From positions 128,001 through 192,000 of the forward strand of contig CBDUPA010000001.1 in assembly GCA_965368975.1 (NCBI GenBank): DNA of 64,000 nt. Direction: 5' to 3'. The position numbers and the translations under genes are program-made. The notes below the pieces were generated by a model, which saw nothing but the letters and a program-made list of their open reading frames with translations, was not told the DNA's origin and ran no database searches. The first letter of the stretch is position 1; each line of letters opens with the position of its first letter. Shown piece by piece: positions 53,124-63,000 of the stretch. Origin of the DNA: an uncultured bacterium. GTDB lineage: Bacteria > Acidobacteriota > Thermoanaerobaculia > Multivoradales > JAHZIX01.

Positions 53124-53945
53124 CTATTCGTTCTCGGGCAGGTCCGGGGTGCTCTCCGTCACCTGGATCGACTTCAGGTAGGCGATCAGGTCCAGGATGC
53201 GGCCGTTGACTTCCAGCTCTTGTAGCGTGCCAGCGGCGCGCAGCTGGAAGGTGTAGCCCCAGACGGGCATCTCGCGCATGCCGTGGCCACGGATCGGTTC
53301 GCGACCATCGATGATGCGGTAGACGTACTCTTCCGGGAAGCCGGCTTCGCCGCTCTCGCTGGTATGGTGCTGCGTCAAGAGGGTCAGGTTCGATGGCTTG
53401 ACGGCCAGTGCGTCGAGCATCGGACCATCGCCGCGCGCGTCGTCGCCGTGGCAGCTCTGGCAGTGCACACGGAAGCTGAGTCGGCCACGCGCCAGGCGGG
53501 CTTCCTCCTCGGTCCGCTGCACCGAGCGATCGAAGTCAGACGGATCGGGATGAGGTGCCGGTGGTGTCATCGCTTCGGCGGGGACGGCCGGAGCATGGCT
53601 GGCGAGGAGCCAGTCACGCAACGCTTCCATGTCGCCGATGGCCTGGTACATCAGCTGGCCCTGCTCGGTCAATTCGCCCGAGCCCGGCTCGGTGACGTGG
53701 CAGTTGGTGCAGCCTTGGAAGGCTTCCACCACCTGGTCGTAGCCTTCGAGTGTGCCGAGCACCTCATAGTACTTGCCGCGGTCGGTGTAGAGCTTGCTGC
53801 CTGGTTTGTCGTGGCACGTGGTGCAGGCCAGGCCACCTTCCTTGACCGCGATCTCTTCGCTGGCAGTTGCCGTCAACGGCAGCAGCAAAGCGGTGCAGAT
53901 CGCGAGGAGGGCGAGTGAGATCCAGAATCGGGGAGCGTGTCGCAT
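53124..53945 (-). CDS. Exported triheme cytochrome c
   Basis: Signal peptide, CTTCH, CTNCH, CQSCH, and a class I C-terminal domain with HG.REMPVWG. AAGGAGG RBS. Confidence 0.9.
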   Translation of the reverse strand: MRHAPRFWISLALLAICTALLLPLTATASEEIAVKEGGLACTTCHDKPGSKLYTDRGKYYEVLGTLEGYDQVVEAFQGCTNCHVTEPGSGELTEQGQLMYQAIGDMEALRDWLLASHAPAVPAEAMTPPAPHPDPSDFDRSVQRTEEEARLARGRLSFRVHCQSCHGDDARGDGPMLDALAVKPSNLTLLTQHHTSESGEAGFPEEYVYRIIDGREPIRGHGMREMPVWGYTFQLRAAGTLQELEVNGRILDLIAYLKSIQVTESTPDLPENE

Positions 53946-53965
53946 GACGAACCTCCTTGCGGGCG

Positions 53966-55276
53966 TCACCGCTGGCGTGCCCAGGCCCAGGAGACGCCGA
54001 AGCTCAGTGTCCACTGACTGTGGCTGACACTGGCCCCGGGGCCGAAGGGGTTGACGAGCGGGTTGGGGTTGTTGTTGGTCTGATCGTTCTCGAACACGTG
54101 CTCCAGGGCCAGCTCGTAGCTGCGGTTGCCCCGCAGCCAGCTGAGGCCAAAGGTGAGGTGGTGCTCGACGTTGGCAGGGAACAGTGGGTTGAGGGTGTGG
54201 TCCGGCACCGGGTTCTCACCGTAGTTGTAACCGGCGCGCAGGGTCAACCGGTCGTGGACACGATACTCGAGACCGAGGGCGTAGACCCACTGGTCCTTCC
54301 ACTCGAAGACGAAAGGCAGCACGATCTCCGGCGGCGCTCCCGGCACATCCGGGTCGCGGGCGGTGACGGTGATGGTATCGATGGCATGGTCCCAGTAGTA
54401 CTGCTTGACGTCGAGCGCCAGCAGCCAGTCGTGGTTCAGCTTGTAGGCGATGCCAACACCGGCCTGCGCCGCGAAGGTGAAGCCTTCGACATCGGACGTG
54501 TAGCTGACGTGGCGGCGCAGGAACGGATGACCGTTGAAGTTGAAGATGGTGTCGCCGTCCTCGAACTCACTCTCGGTTTCGGTCTGGTAGATCGCGCCCA
54601 CGGACAGCCGTGGGTTGGCGCGCCACCACCAGCCGAGACGCAGGTTGTATTGCAGGCCGCCGGCCTTGTCCATCTCGACACCGAAGAAGCTCATCGCCGG
54701 GTTGGCGGCGTTGAAGAACGAGGTGCGCGGGAAGAACTTGAACTCGACATCGCTGTAGCCCAGGTTGAACGAGGCGCCGAGCGCCATGTCATCACTCAGG
54801 GCGTAGGCGATCGTCGGCGTCAGGGTCATGAAGCGGACCTCGCTGAAGGTCTCGTCGCGGGTGCCGAAGAACGTGTTCATGTTCTTGAAATGGGCACCCA
54901 TCCCGCCCTGCGCCAGCAGGCCGACGCCGTAGGACCACGGGGTTTCCTTGCCGCCACGCACGAAGGCGAAAGCAGGCAGTGGGAAGACCTGGTCTTCACC
55001 GTCCAGCGGGGCGTTGACCAGGTTGTCGAATTGCAGCGACGGCGCCAGCAACGTCAGGCTCAGCGTGCCGTGGTTGCCTTGGAGCTGGGTGATGCCGGCG
55101 GGATTGGTATTGAGCGCCAGCGTGCGGTCGGCGATCGCCAGGTTGGCTCCGGCGCGACCGGCGGCTTCGGCGCCGTAGGCGGTGAGGTACATGCCGTTGG
55201 TGGCGGGCAGCGGTGCCGGCATCAGCAAGCCAGCGGTGAGTGCTGCGAGCAGGAGGACGGCTGGGAAGCGTGTCAT
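53966..55276 (-). CDS. FadL/OmpP1/TodX family outer-membrane channel
   Basis: Signal peptide, then NG....YG....GRAGA..A......NPAG hatch motif, WKDQW...LG.EY, LRAGYNYG.NP and amphipathic strands. Confidence 0.88.
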   Translation of the reverse strand: MTRFPAVLLLAALTAGLLMPAPLPATNGMYLTAYGAEAAGRAGANLAIADRTLALNTNPAGITQLQGNHGTLSLTLLAPSLQFDNLVNAPLDGEDQVFPLPAFAFVRGGKETPWSYGVGLLAQGGMGAHFKNMNTFFGTRDETFSEVRFMTLTPTIAYALSDDMALGASFNLGYSDVEFKFFPRTSFFNAANPAMSFFGVEMDKAGGLQYNLRLGWWWRANPRLSVGAIYQTETESEFEDGDTIFNFNGHPFLRRHVSYTSDVEGFTFAAQAGVGIAYKLNHDWLLALDVKQYYWDHAIDTITVTARDPDVPGAPPEIVLPFVFEWKDQWVYALGLEYRVHDRLTLRAGYNYGENPVPDHTLNPLFPANVEHHLTFGLSWLRGNRSYELALEHVFENDQTNNNPNPLVNPFGPGASVSHSQWTLSFGVSWAWARQR

Positions 55277-55312
55277 GGTAGGGCCCTCCCCGGGAAAGTT
55301 GTTGGGTGACGA

Positions 55313-55392
55313 CCGCCGCCGGAGGGCGGCGAGAAGCGACATCCGCCGCTGGAGGCGGCGAGAAGCGACATCCGCCGCCGGAGGGCGGCGAA
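55313..55392. repeat. Three tandem palindromic units of about 30 bp
   Basis: CCGCCGCYGGAG(G)GCGGCG-AGAAGCGACAT repeated at 55313, 55343 and 55372. Confidence 0.9.
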
Positions 55393-55402
55393 GTGCAAAA
55401 CC

Positions 55403-55921
55403 TCAGATGAACAGAATCTGTGAGCCGGCAGCCTTGTCGTAGAAGTCCATCGCCGAGATCACGTCCTCGACCTGGGGCATCAGGTCCTCGCGTGTGCGCT
55501 TGAACATGTCCATGGCCATGCGGCAGCCGTAGAGATGAGCCCCGGAATCACCGAGGATTTCGATCATCTCGCGCACCGGCGGGATGTCGAGGTGATCCAT
55601 CTCTTTCTTCATCATCATGGTCGCCAGGCTCTCCATGCCCGGCAAGCCGCCGACCATCGTCGGGATGTGCATTGATGGGTTGCCGACCGTCGGCACGTGT
55701 AGCTTGTCGACCGTCTTCTCGGTGACGATGTCGAGGCCCCAGAAGGTGAAGAATAGGGTGGCTTCGATGCCACTCATGCGTGCGGCGTTGGCCAGGATCA
55801 GGCCGGGGTAGGCCATATCGAGGGTGCCCTTGGAGCAGATGATGGAGACGTGCTCGATGGGCTGCGGTTGCGTGTTCGTGTCTTGGCCGGCTTGGAACGG
55901 CAGGGTTTGTGCGTGTGTCAT
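55403..55921 (-). CDS. DsrE/DsrF/DrsH-like (DsrE2-type) sulfurtransferase
   Basis: IICSKGTLDMAYPGLILANAA, LFFTFWGLD, LYGCRMAMDM (conserved Cys). Confidence 0.9.
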   Translation of the reverse strand: MTHAQTLPFQAGQDTNTQPQPIEHVSIICSKGTLDMAYPGLILANAARMSGIEATLFFTFWGLDIVTEKTVDKLHVPTVGNPSMHIPTMVGGLPGMESLATMMMKKEMDHLDIPPVREMIEILGDSGAHLYGCRMAMDMFKRTREDLMPQVEDVISAMDFYDKAAGSQILFI

Positions 55922-55932
55922 GACTCTACTCC

Positions 55933-56247
55933 TCAGATGCAGGCGTGGGGCTTGGGAAGTCCGGCGATGCGTGCTGCGAGCTTGCCCGGGCCTTTCGGGA
56001 ACAGCTGGTACAGCTCTTTCATCGGCACGCCCGACAGCTTGGCGATCCGGCGCAGGCCGGGGGCGTCGCCTTGCGCTTGCGCGTCCTTGCGACAGAAGTC
56101 GAGAACCGCCCAATGACGGTCCGTGAGTTCGATCCCCGACTCGGCCGCCAGAGCCTTGCCCACTTCGGGCGTCCACTGGCTGGCATCGGCGAGGAAGCCG
56201 TCGTCGGTGAGTTGGATGTCGTGTCCTGCGTAAGCTTGGGTTTGCAT
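55933..56247 (-). CDS. TusE/DsrC/DsvC family sulfur relay protein (single C-terminal Cys)
   Basis: DGFL....W...V...LA...GI.LTD.HW.V..F.R, LYQLFPKGP.K.AARIAGLPKPHACI. Confidence 0.92.
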   Translation of the reverse strand: MQTQAYAGHDIQLTDDGFLADASQWTPEVGKALAAESGIELTDRHWAVLDFCRKDAQAQGDAPGLRRIAKLSGVPMKELYQLFPKGPGKLAARIAGLPKPHACI

Positions 56248-56305
56248 GATGGGCTCCTTCGATTCCGTGGAGATGTGAGACGAGATCGGATGCAGTCGGC
56301 CAGAC

Positions 56306-57571
56306 TCAGGCTGCCGTTGCAAGTTCGGGGGGACGGTGCTTGCCGGCCATCGACATGTGGGCCGATACCGGCAGGTCATGGCCTGGTAGCAGGGCGTTCC
56401 AGTAGACCCAGGCGAAGGCCAGCTTGCCCAGATGGTTGAGACGGCTCTCGCGCAGCAGGCTCATCGGCCCGACCACAGGCCACGGGAAACGTCCCGGCAG
56501 GGGCTCAACGTCATAGTTGAAGTCGATCAGCAGCGCCTTGCCGTGGCCGCTCTCGATGAAGCAGTTGGCGTGGCCATCGAACACTGGCTCCAAGCTGCGC
56601 CCTTGGATGGCTCGCAGCACGTTGTCTTGCAGCCCTTCGGCCTGGAAGTGGGCGACCGAGCCGGCCTTGGACGATGCCAGGTCGGTAGCGTCGCCGAGCA
56701 CGAAGATGTTCGGGTGGTCCTTGGCCTGCAGCGTGTGCGGGTCGGTAGGCACGAAGCCGAGCTCGTTGCCCAGTCCGGATGCCTCGATCACCGGAGCGCC
56801 CATGTGCGTCGGGATGCTGACCAGCAGGTCATACCCGATCTCGCGTTCGTCCCACGAGCGCAGCACATGCGCGTCGCCGTCCACCTCACCGGTGTTGAAT
56901 TCGCTCTCGACGCGGATGCCCTTCTGCTCTAGCAACGAGCCGAGCATGCGCGAGGCCACTGGCCGCGTGAAGGCACCGTCGAGCGGCGTCGCATAGATCA
57001 GTTCGACGCGATCACGGATGCCCTTCTTGGAGAAGAAGGCGTCGGCCAGGAAGAGGAACTCGAGCGGTGCCACCGGGCACTTGATCGGCATCTCGACGAC
57101 GTTGACCACCAGGCGTCCTCCCTCGAAGTGCTCGAGTCGGTCGCGCAAGGTCAAAGCTCCTTGCAGGGTGTAGAAGTCGGAGACGTCGTTGCCCCAGTGT
57201 TCACCGAGCAGTCCCGGTGTTTCTTCTGGGCGAATCTGGCTACCGGTGGCGACGATCAGCAGATCGTAGGGCAGCGCCGTTGTCTTGCCGTCGGGGCCGT
57301 CCTCGAGCACCACACGTTGCGCGTCTGGCTCTACCGCCGCGACCGCGGTCTGTCGCCAGTCGATGTCGCGATCGAGCGTGCTCTTGCGAGGCCGCGTCAA
57401 GCTCGCCTCGTTGTCCGCCCCAAAGGGCAAGAACAGCAGGCCGGGCTGGTAGAGATGGCCGCCTTCGGGATCGATGACGGTCAGATCCCAGTGCGCGGGA
57501 AGCTGGCGCTGCAGCCGATTGGCCATCATAGTGCCAGCGGTTCCGGCGCCGAGGATTACTAGGTGTTTCAT
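56306..57571 (-). CDS. sqr: Sulfide:quinone oxidoreductase, type III-like flavoprotein
   Basis: GAGTAG FAD motif, HLYQPG, IKCPVAPLEF, SKAGSVAH, DGHANCFIESG, HLGKLAFAWVYWN. Sulfur-relay neighbours. Confidence 0.85.
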   Translation of the reverse strand: MKHLVILGAGTAGTMMANRLQRQLPAHWDLTVIDPEGGHLYQPGLLFLPFGADNEASLTRPRKSTLDRDIDWRQTAVAAVEPDAQRVVLEDGPDGKTTALPYDLLIVATGSQIRPEETPGLLGEHWGNDVSDFYTLQGALTLRDRLEHFEGGRLVVNVVEMPIKCPVAPLEFLFLADAFFSKKGIRDRVELIYATPLDGAFTRPVASRMLGSLLEQKGIRVESEFNTGEVDGDAHVLRSWDEREIGYDLLVSIPTHMGAPVIEASGLGNELGFVPTDPHTLQAKDHPNIFVLGDATDLASSKAGSVAHFQAEGLQDNVLRAIQGRSLEPVFDGHANCFIESGHGKALLIDFNYDVEPLPGRFPWPVVGPMSLLRESRLNHLGKLAFAWVYWNALLPGHDLPVSAHMSMAGKHRPPELATAA

Positions 57572-57586
57572 GGCTCGCTCCTCCCG

Positions 57587-57607
57587 GTAGCAGTAACTGT
57601 CTGCTAC
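57587..57607. promoter_or_regulatory. Inverted repeat directly upstream of the sqr RBS
   Basis: GTAGCAG-N7-CTGCTAC. Confidence 0.4.
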
Positions 57608-57771
57608 TACCGATCCTTATCGAGGCCAGGGGGTTACACCACAAGTGGCCGGAGGAACGAAAACGGTTTAAAGGGGTGGCGGGGTGCTATCCGGACGGGT
57701 GGCGAGAAGTGCCTGAGCGGGGTGTCGGGGGGGCAGCGGCGAATGACCCCGCGCGTCGACCAGAGGAGGGG

Positions 57772-59235
57772 CTACTCGCCCACGGCGTAGATGTTCGACC
57801 GGCAGCGGAAGTAGAGGGTCCCATGGACGATCGCGGGAGTGGCCATGCACGGCTCGCCCATGTCGTTCTCGGCCAGCACCTCGAGCTCTGTACCCGCCTC
57901 GATGACCGTGACGGTGCCGTTCTCGCCGGTCAAGTAGAGCTTGCCGTCGGTGGCGACCAGGGAGGCGCTGTAGGTGTCGTGGGTGCGGCGCCGGTTCAGG
58001 CGTTGGCCGGTTTCCAGGTTGTAGACGCTGAGGATGCCGGTGTCGGTGACGGCGTAGAGGTGGCCTCGGTAGACGATGGGGGTGGAGGTGTACGGGCCGC
58101 CTCGCTCGGTGCGCCAGAGGAGATGGGCGTTGGTGTCTTGGCCTGCCGCGACGGCTTCCGCAGGGACGGAGAGATCCCCGCTGCCGCCGAGGCGCAGGGC
58201 CAGGATGGGGCGGCCGCGGTAGCCGCCGGAGAGGACGATCTTGTCACCAGCGACGAAGGGAGTCGGGGTCTTGACCTCGGCTTCGTCGTGGAAGCGCCAG
58301 AGTTCTTTGCCGGTCTTCGGGTCGTAGCCGCGCACGTAGTAGCCGCCGATGACGATCAACTCGTTGCGTCCGCCGCCCTGCGAGCTACCACGGTACAAGG
58401 TCGGGGTGGCCCAGATCGGACGCTCTTCGCGGGCGACCTTCCAGCGCGGTTCTCCGCTACGCCTGTCGTAGGCGGCGAGGAAGGAGTCGGCGTGACGGTC
58501 GACCTGCACGATGACCATGTCGTCGACCACGATCGGTGAGCTGGCGTAGCCCCACTGCGACGACGAATCGCCGAACAGACCCGGATCGAGGCGGCCGAGG
58601 TCCTGGTGCCACAGCTGCTTGCCGTCGAGATCGAAAGCGTAGAGGCCTTCGGAGCCCAGGATGACCGCCAGGATCTCGCCGTCGGTGGCGGGTGTCGAGT
58701 TGCTCTGGCTGGCTTTGACGTGACGCTTGGTGCGCGGCACGCTGCGGCTCACTTCGCGCTGCCAGAGGATCTTGCCGTTGCGGGTGTCCAGTGCCAGGAC
58801 GCGCCAGCTGGTGCTTTCCTGATCGTCGGCCATGTCGATGCGGCCGGTGTCGCCGAGGCGCAAGGCCGGGACGTCTTGGGCCACCGCGGTGGTGACGAAC
58901 AGGCGCTGTGCCCAGACGATCGGGCTCGAGTGGGCGAGGCCGGGGATCTCGGTGCGCCAGCGCAGGTGGGTGCCCGTCTCGACGTCCCATTGCGCGGGCA
59001 GGGTACCCGTCTCCGCGACGCCGGCCGCGTTCGGTCCACGAAACGATGGCCAAGCCAGCGCTGCGACGGTCTCTTGCTGCGGAGCCGCCTGAACAGGGTT
59101 GTCTTGAGTCGAGGGGCCCTGAGCAGAGGCAACACGGGCGAAGGGGGCGGTCGAGATGCCGAGCGACAAGGCCAGCAGCAAGGCGGCCGGAAGTCGAGCG
59201 GCGAGAGGGCAACGACGAGAGAATGGCTGGCGCAT
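57772..59235 (-). CDS. PQQ-binding-like (BamB-like) beta-propeller protein
   Basis: WPSFRGP, IPGLAHSSPIVW, repeated S/TP blades and G..LW motifs. Confidence 0.88.
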   Translation of the reverse strand: MRQPFSRRCPLAARLPAALLLALSLGISTAPFARVASAQGPSTQDNPVQAAPQQETVAALAWPSFRGPNAAGVAETGTLPAQWDVETGTHLRWRTEIPGLAHSSPIVWAQRLFVTTAVAQDVPALRLGDTGRIDMADDQESTSWRVLALDTRNGKILWQREVSRSVPRTKRHVKASQSNSTPATDGEILAVILGSEGLYAFDLDGKQLWHQDLGRLDPGLFGDSSSQWGYASSPIVVDDMVIVQVDRHADSFLAAYDRRSGEPRWKVAREERPIWATPTLYRGSSQGGGRNELIVIGGYYVRGYDPKTGKELWRFHDEAEVKTPTPFVAGDKIVLSGGYRGRPILALRLGGSGDLSVPAEAVAAGQDTNAHLLWRTERGGPYTSTPIVYRGHLYAVTDTGILSVYNLETGQRLNRRRTHDTYSASLVATDGKLYLTGENGTVTVIEAGTELEVLAENDMGEPCMATPAIVHGTLYFRCRSNIYAVGE

Positions 59236-59245
59236 GGCGCCGAGT

Positions 59246-59755
59246 TTACTGCAGGGAGCCGTTCCTGGGCTGCACCGCCTCGTTCTGCGCCTCGCTGTAG
59301 CGGGAATCGACCGCAGCGGCCTCGGTCTGCACACGAACAGGACGAGGCGCACGTGCAAGGTCGCCGGTCAAGGCGATCTGCAGCCAGAACTCGGCGATGC
59401 AGCGCATGGAGCCGAGGAAGGCTTCGAGGTGCAGCGGTTTTCTGATGTAGGCGTTGGCCCCGGCGCGCAGGCAGACCTGGATATCGCCAGGATCGTCCGA
59501 GGTGGTCAGTACGAGGACCGGTGTGGCGAGTCCCTGGCGGCCTCGCTTCAGCCATCGCAGCAACTCGAGACCTTGACCGCCGCGCAGGCTGGGGTCGAGC
59601 AGGATCAGGTGCGGCCGGTGGTCCCTCAGAAAGGTTTCGGTCTCAGCGCTGTCGCGGGCACGATGGATGCGCTGGCGGACGCCAGCTTCTTCGAGCCCTT
59701 GGCGCGCAAGATCGAAATCAGAATCGTTGTCGTCAATGATCAGAATGGTGGACAT
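59246..59755 (-). CDS. Single-domain response regulator (Rcp1-like)
   Basis: IIDDNDSD, LILLD, VLTTSDDPGDI..C..AGANAYIRKP, FW near the end. Confidence 0.85.
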   Translation of the reverse strand: MSTILIIDDNDSDFDLARQGLEEAGVRQRIHRARDSAETETFLRDHRPHLILLDPSLRGGQGLELLRWLKRGRQGLATPVLVLTTSDDPGDIQVCLRAGANAYIRKPLHLEAFLGSMRCIAEFWLQIALTGDLARAPRPVRVQTEAAAVDSRYSEAQNEAVQPRNGSLQ

Positions 59756-60012
59756 GCTGTATCCCTCGGAATGCTGTAGGCAAGACATGCTGTACAGCGA
59801 TACATGAAAATCGAATCAAAGAAGCCCCGACTGTGCTCGCCATTCTACCTCGGTATCGAGGTTCTGCCCGAGAGAACTCTCCCATTGGAGCCTGAACCTC
59901 CTGAGATCGTTGCGGCACACCCATCGAGGTAGGCTGGAAAGGGTAGTGTCCGCCCCGTCCGGATGGCGCGATGGTCGCTACTGGCTGTCAGCATGGGTAG
60001 AGGAGGTGAAGA

Positions 60013-63000
60013 ATGCGTCAGATCACCGTCGACGGCAACGAGGCCGTGGCTTCTGTTGCCTACCGTGGGCATGAGGTCATTGCCATTTATCCGATCACTC
60101 CGGCCTCGCCGATGGGCGAACTGGCGGACGCCTGGGCCGCTGCCGGCCGCACCAACCTGTGGGGTACGGTACCGACCGTGAGCGAGATGCAGTCCGAGGG
60201 TGGTGCCGCTGGCGCGGTCCACGGCTCGCTGCTGACCGGCGCTTTGACCACCACCTTCACGGCCTCGCAGGGGCTGCTCCTGATGCTGCCCAACCTGTTC
60301 AAGATCGCCGGTGAACTGACGCCCTTCGTGCTGCACGTGGCGGCGCGCTCGGTGGCGACGCACGCGCTGTCGATCTTCTGTGACCACTCGGACGTCATGG
60401 CGGCGCGCCAGACCGGCTTCGCGCTGCTGGCGTCGAACTCCGTGCAGGAAGCGCAGGACTTCGCACTGATCGCGCAGATGTCGACACTGGCGTCACGCGT
60501 GCCGATCCTGCACTTCCTCGACGGCTTCCGTACCTCGCACGAGGTGGCCAAGATCACCGCGCTCAGCGACGAGGAACTGCGCGCCCTGCTCGACGACGCC
60601 CTCGTGCGCGCGCACCGCGAGCGCGGGCTGACGCCGGACCATCCGGTGGTGCGCGGCACGGCACAGAATCCGGACACCTTCTTCCAGGCGCGCGAGGCGT
60701 GCAACCGCTTCTACGATGCCTGTCCGGGCCTCGTCGAGGATGCGATGGACGCCTTTGCCTTGGTCACCGGCCGACGCTATCGCCTGTTCCAGTACCACGG
60801 GCATCCCGAGGCCGAGCGGGTGCTGGTACTGATGGGCTCGGCGGCCGAGACGGTGCACGAGACGGTCGACCACCTGGTGGCGAGGGACGGCGCCAAGGTC
60901 GGCGTGCTGCAGGTCCACCTCTACCGGCCCTTCTCGGTCGAGCATTTCGCTGCCGCGCTACCACCGACGGTGCGCGGCCTGGCGGTACTCGATCGCACCA
61001 AGGAGCCGGGTGCGGTCGGCGAGCCGCTCTACCTCGACGTCAGCGCCGCGGTGCGCCAGGCGACGGCGGTGGGGCTAGCGCCCTGGCAGGAAGAACCGGT
61101 GGTGATCGGCGGCCGCTACGGCCTGTCGTCGAAGGAATTCGATCCCGCCTGCGTGTGCGCGGTGTTCGACCACCTGCAGCAGCGCTTGCAGCACGGGCCA
61201 CGCCGCGACGGCCACGCTTTGACCGAGGTCGGCGGCTTCACCGTTGGCATCGTCGACGACGTCACCCACCGCTCGCTGGCGCCGTCGTCGGAGCAGACGC
61301 TCGACATCGAGCCGCCCAAGCGGGTGCGCGCGGTGTTTTTCGGCCTCGGCTCGGACGGCACCGTCAGTGCCAACAAGAACTCGATCAAGATCATCGGGAA
61401 GCACACGGAGCACGAGGCGCAAGGGTACTTCGTCTACGACTCGAAGAAGGCTGGTGCGGTGACCATCTCGCACCTGCGCTTTGGCCCGGAGCCGATTCGC
61501 TCGGCCTACCTGATCCGCAACGCCGGCTTCGTCGCTTGCCACCAATTCGACTTCCTCGACCGCTACGATGTGCTCGGCTACGCCGCTCCCGGTGCCACCG
61601 TGCTGCTCAACGCGCCGCATCCGGAGGGCCAGCCGCAGGCGGTGTGGGACCAGCTGCCGCGCGAGGTGCAGCAGCAGGTGCTGGACAAGGGCGTCGAGCT
61701 GTATGTCATCGACGCCTACCGGGTGGCGCGCGAGGCCGGCCTCGGGGTGCGCATCAACACCATCATGCAGACCTGCTTCTTCGCCCTCAGCGGCGTGCTG
61801 CCGCGCGAGCGGGCGATCGCCGAGATCAAGGCGGCGATCGAGACCGCGTACGGCAAGCGTGGTCCGGTGGTGGCGCGTCAGAACTTCGCCGCCGTCGACC
61901 AGGCGCTGGCGCACCTGCATCGCATCGAGACACCGTCACTGACCAGCGAACGTCACCTGCCGCCGATTGTGCCAGCGGCGGCGCCGGACTTCGTGCAGCG
62001 GGTGACCGCGCTGATGCTGGCGCAGAAGGGCGACCTCTTGCCGGTCAGTGCCTTCCCGGTCGACGGTACCTGGCCGACCGCCACCAGCCAGTGGGAGAAG
62101 CGCAACATCGCGCTCGACATTCCGGTGTGGGAGCCGGATGTGTGCATCCAGTGCAACCAGTGTGCGCTGGCTTGCCCGCACGCGGCGATCCGCGCCAAGG
62201 TGTACCCACCGGAAGCGCTCACCAGTGCCGGCAACGGCAACGGCGCTGGCAGCAACGGCCGACCGCCGGAGGGCTTCCTGAGCACGGCCTACAAGGCCAA
62301 GGACCTCGAGGGGCTGGCCTACACCCTGCAAGTGGCGCCCGAGGACTGCACTGGCTGCGGCCTGTGCGTCGCCGTCTGCCCGGCCAAGGATCGCTCGAAT
62401 CCGCGGCGCAAGGCGATCAACATGGTGCCGCAGCGACCGCTGCGCGACGCCGAGCGCGAGCGCTACCGCTTTTTCCTCGACCTGCCCGAACTCGACCGCA
62501 AGCACCTACCGCGTCTCGATGCCAAGGGCTCGCAGTTCCTGCAGCCGCTGTTCGAGTACTCGGGTGCCTGTGCGGGCTGCGGCGAGACGCCGTACATCAA
62601 GCTACTCACGCAGCTGTTCGGCGACCGCCTGCTGATCGCCAACGGTACCGGCTGTTCGTCGATCTTCGGCGGCAACCTGCCGACGACGCCCTACACCGTC
62701 AACGCTGATGGTCGTGGTCCCGCCTGGGCCAATTCCCTGTTCGAGGACAACGCCGAGTTCGGCATGGGCTTCCGTCTGGCGCTCGACAACCACGTCACCC
62801 AGGCGCGCCACCAGCTGAGCGAACTGGCGCGCGAGTCTGCGGCGGCCTCCGGGGACAGGGCCACCCTGCCCGACACCTTGGTGGCGGAATTGCTGGACGG
62901 CAGCAGGATCGAGGTCAGCGATGAAGCCGGCCTGGAGGCGCAGCGCCAACGCGTCGACGAGCTGAAGCGCCGTCTGGCACAGCTCACGACCGCTGCCACC

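Noticed and set aside
53957-55309. 450-aa plus-strand ORF
   Set aside because: Antisense shadow of the FadL gene.
55313-55392. Possible mini-CRISPR array
   Set aside because: The linkers are identical and only 11 nt long, there are no unique spacers, and no cas genes are present.
55403-57571. Dissimilatory sulfate reduction (dsr) locus
   Set aside because: No dsrAB or dsrMKJOP in the window, and the DsrC-family protein lacks the second Cys.
60699-62708. 669-aa alternative-frame ORF
   Set aside because: Arg/Pro/Gly-rich off-frame translation inside nifJ.
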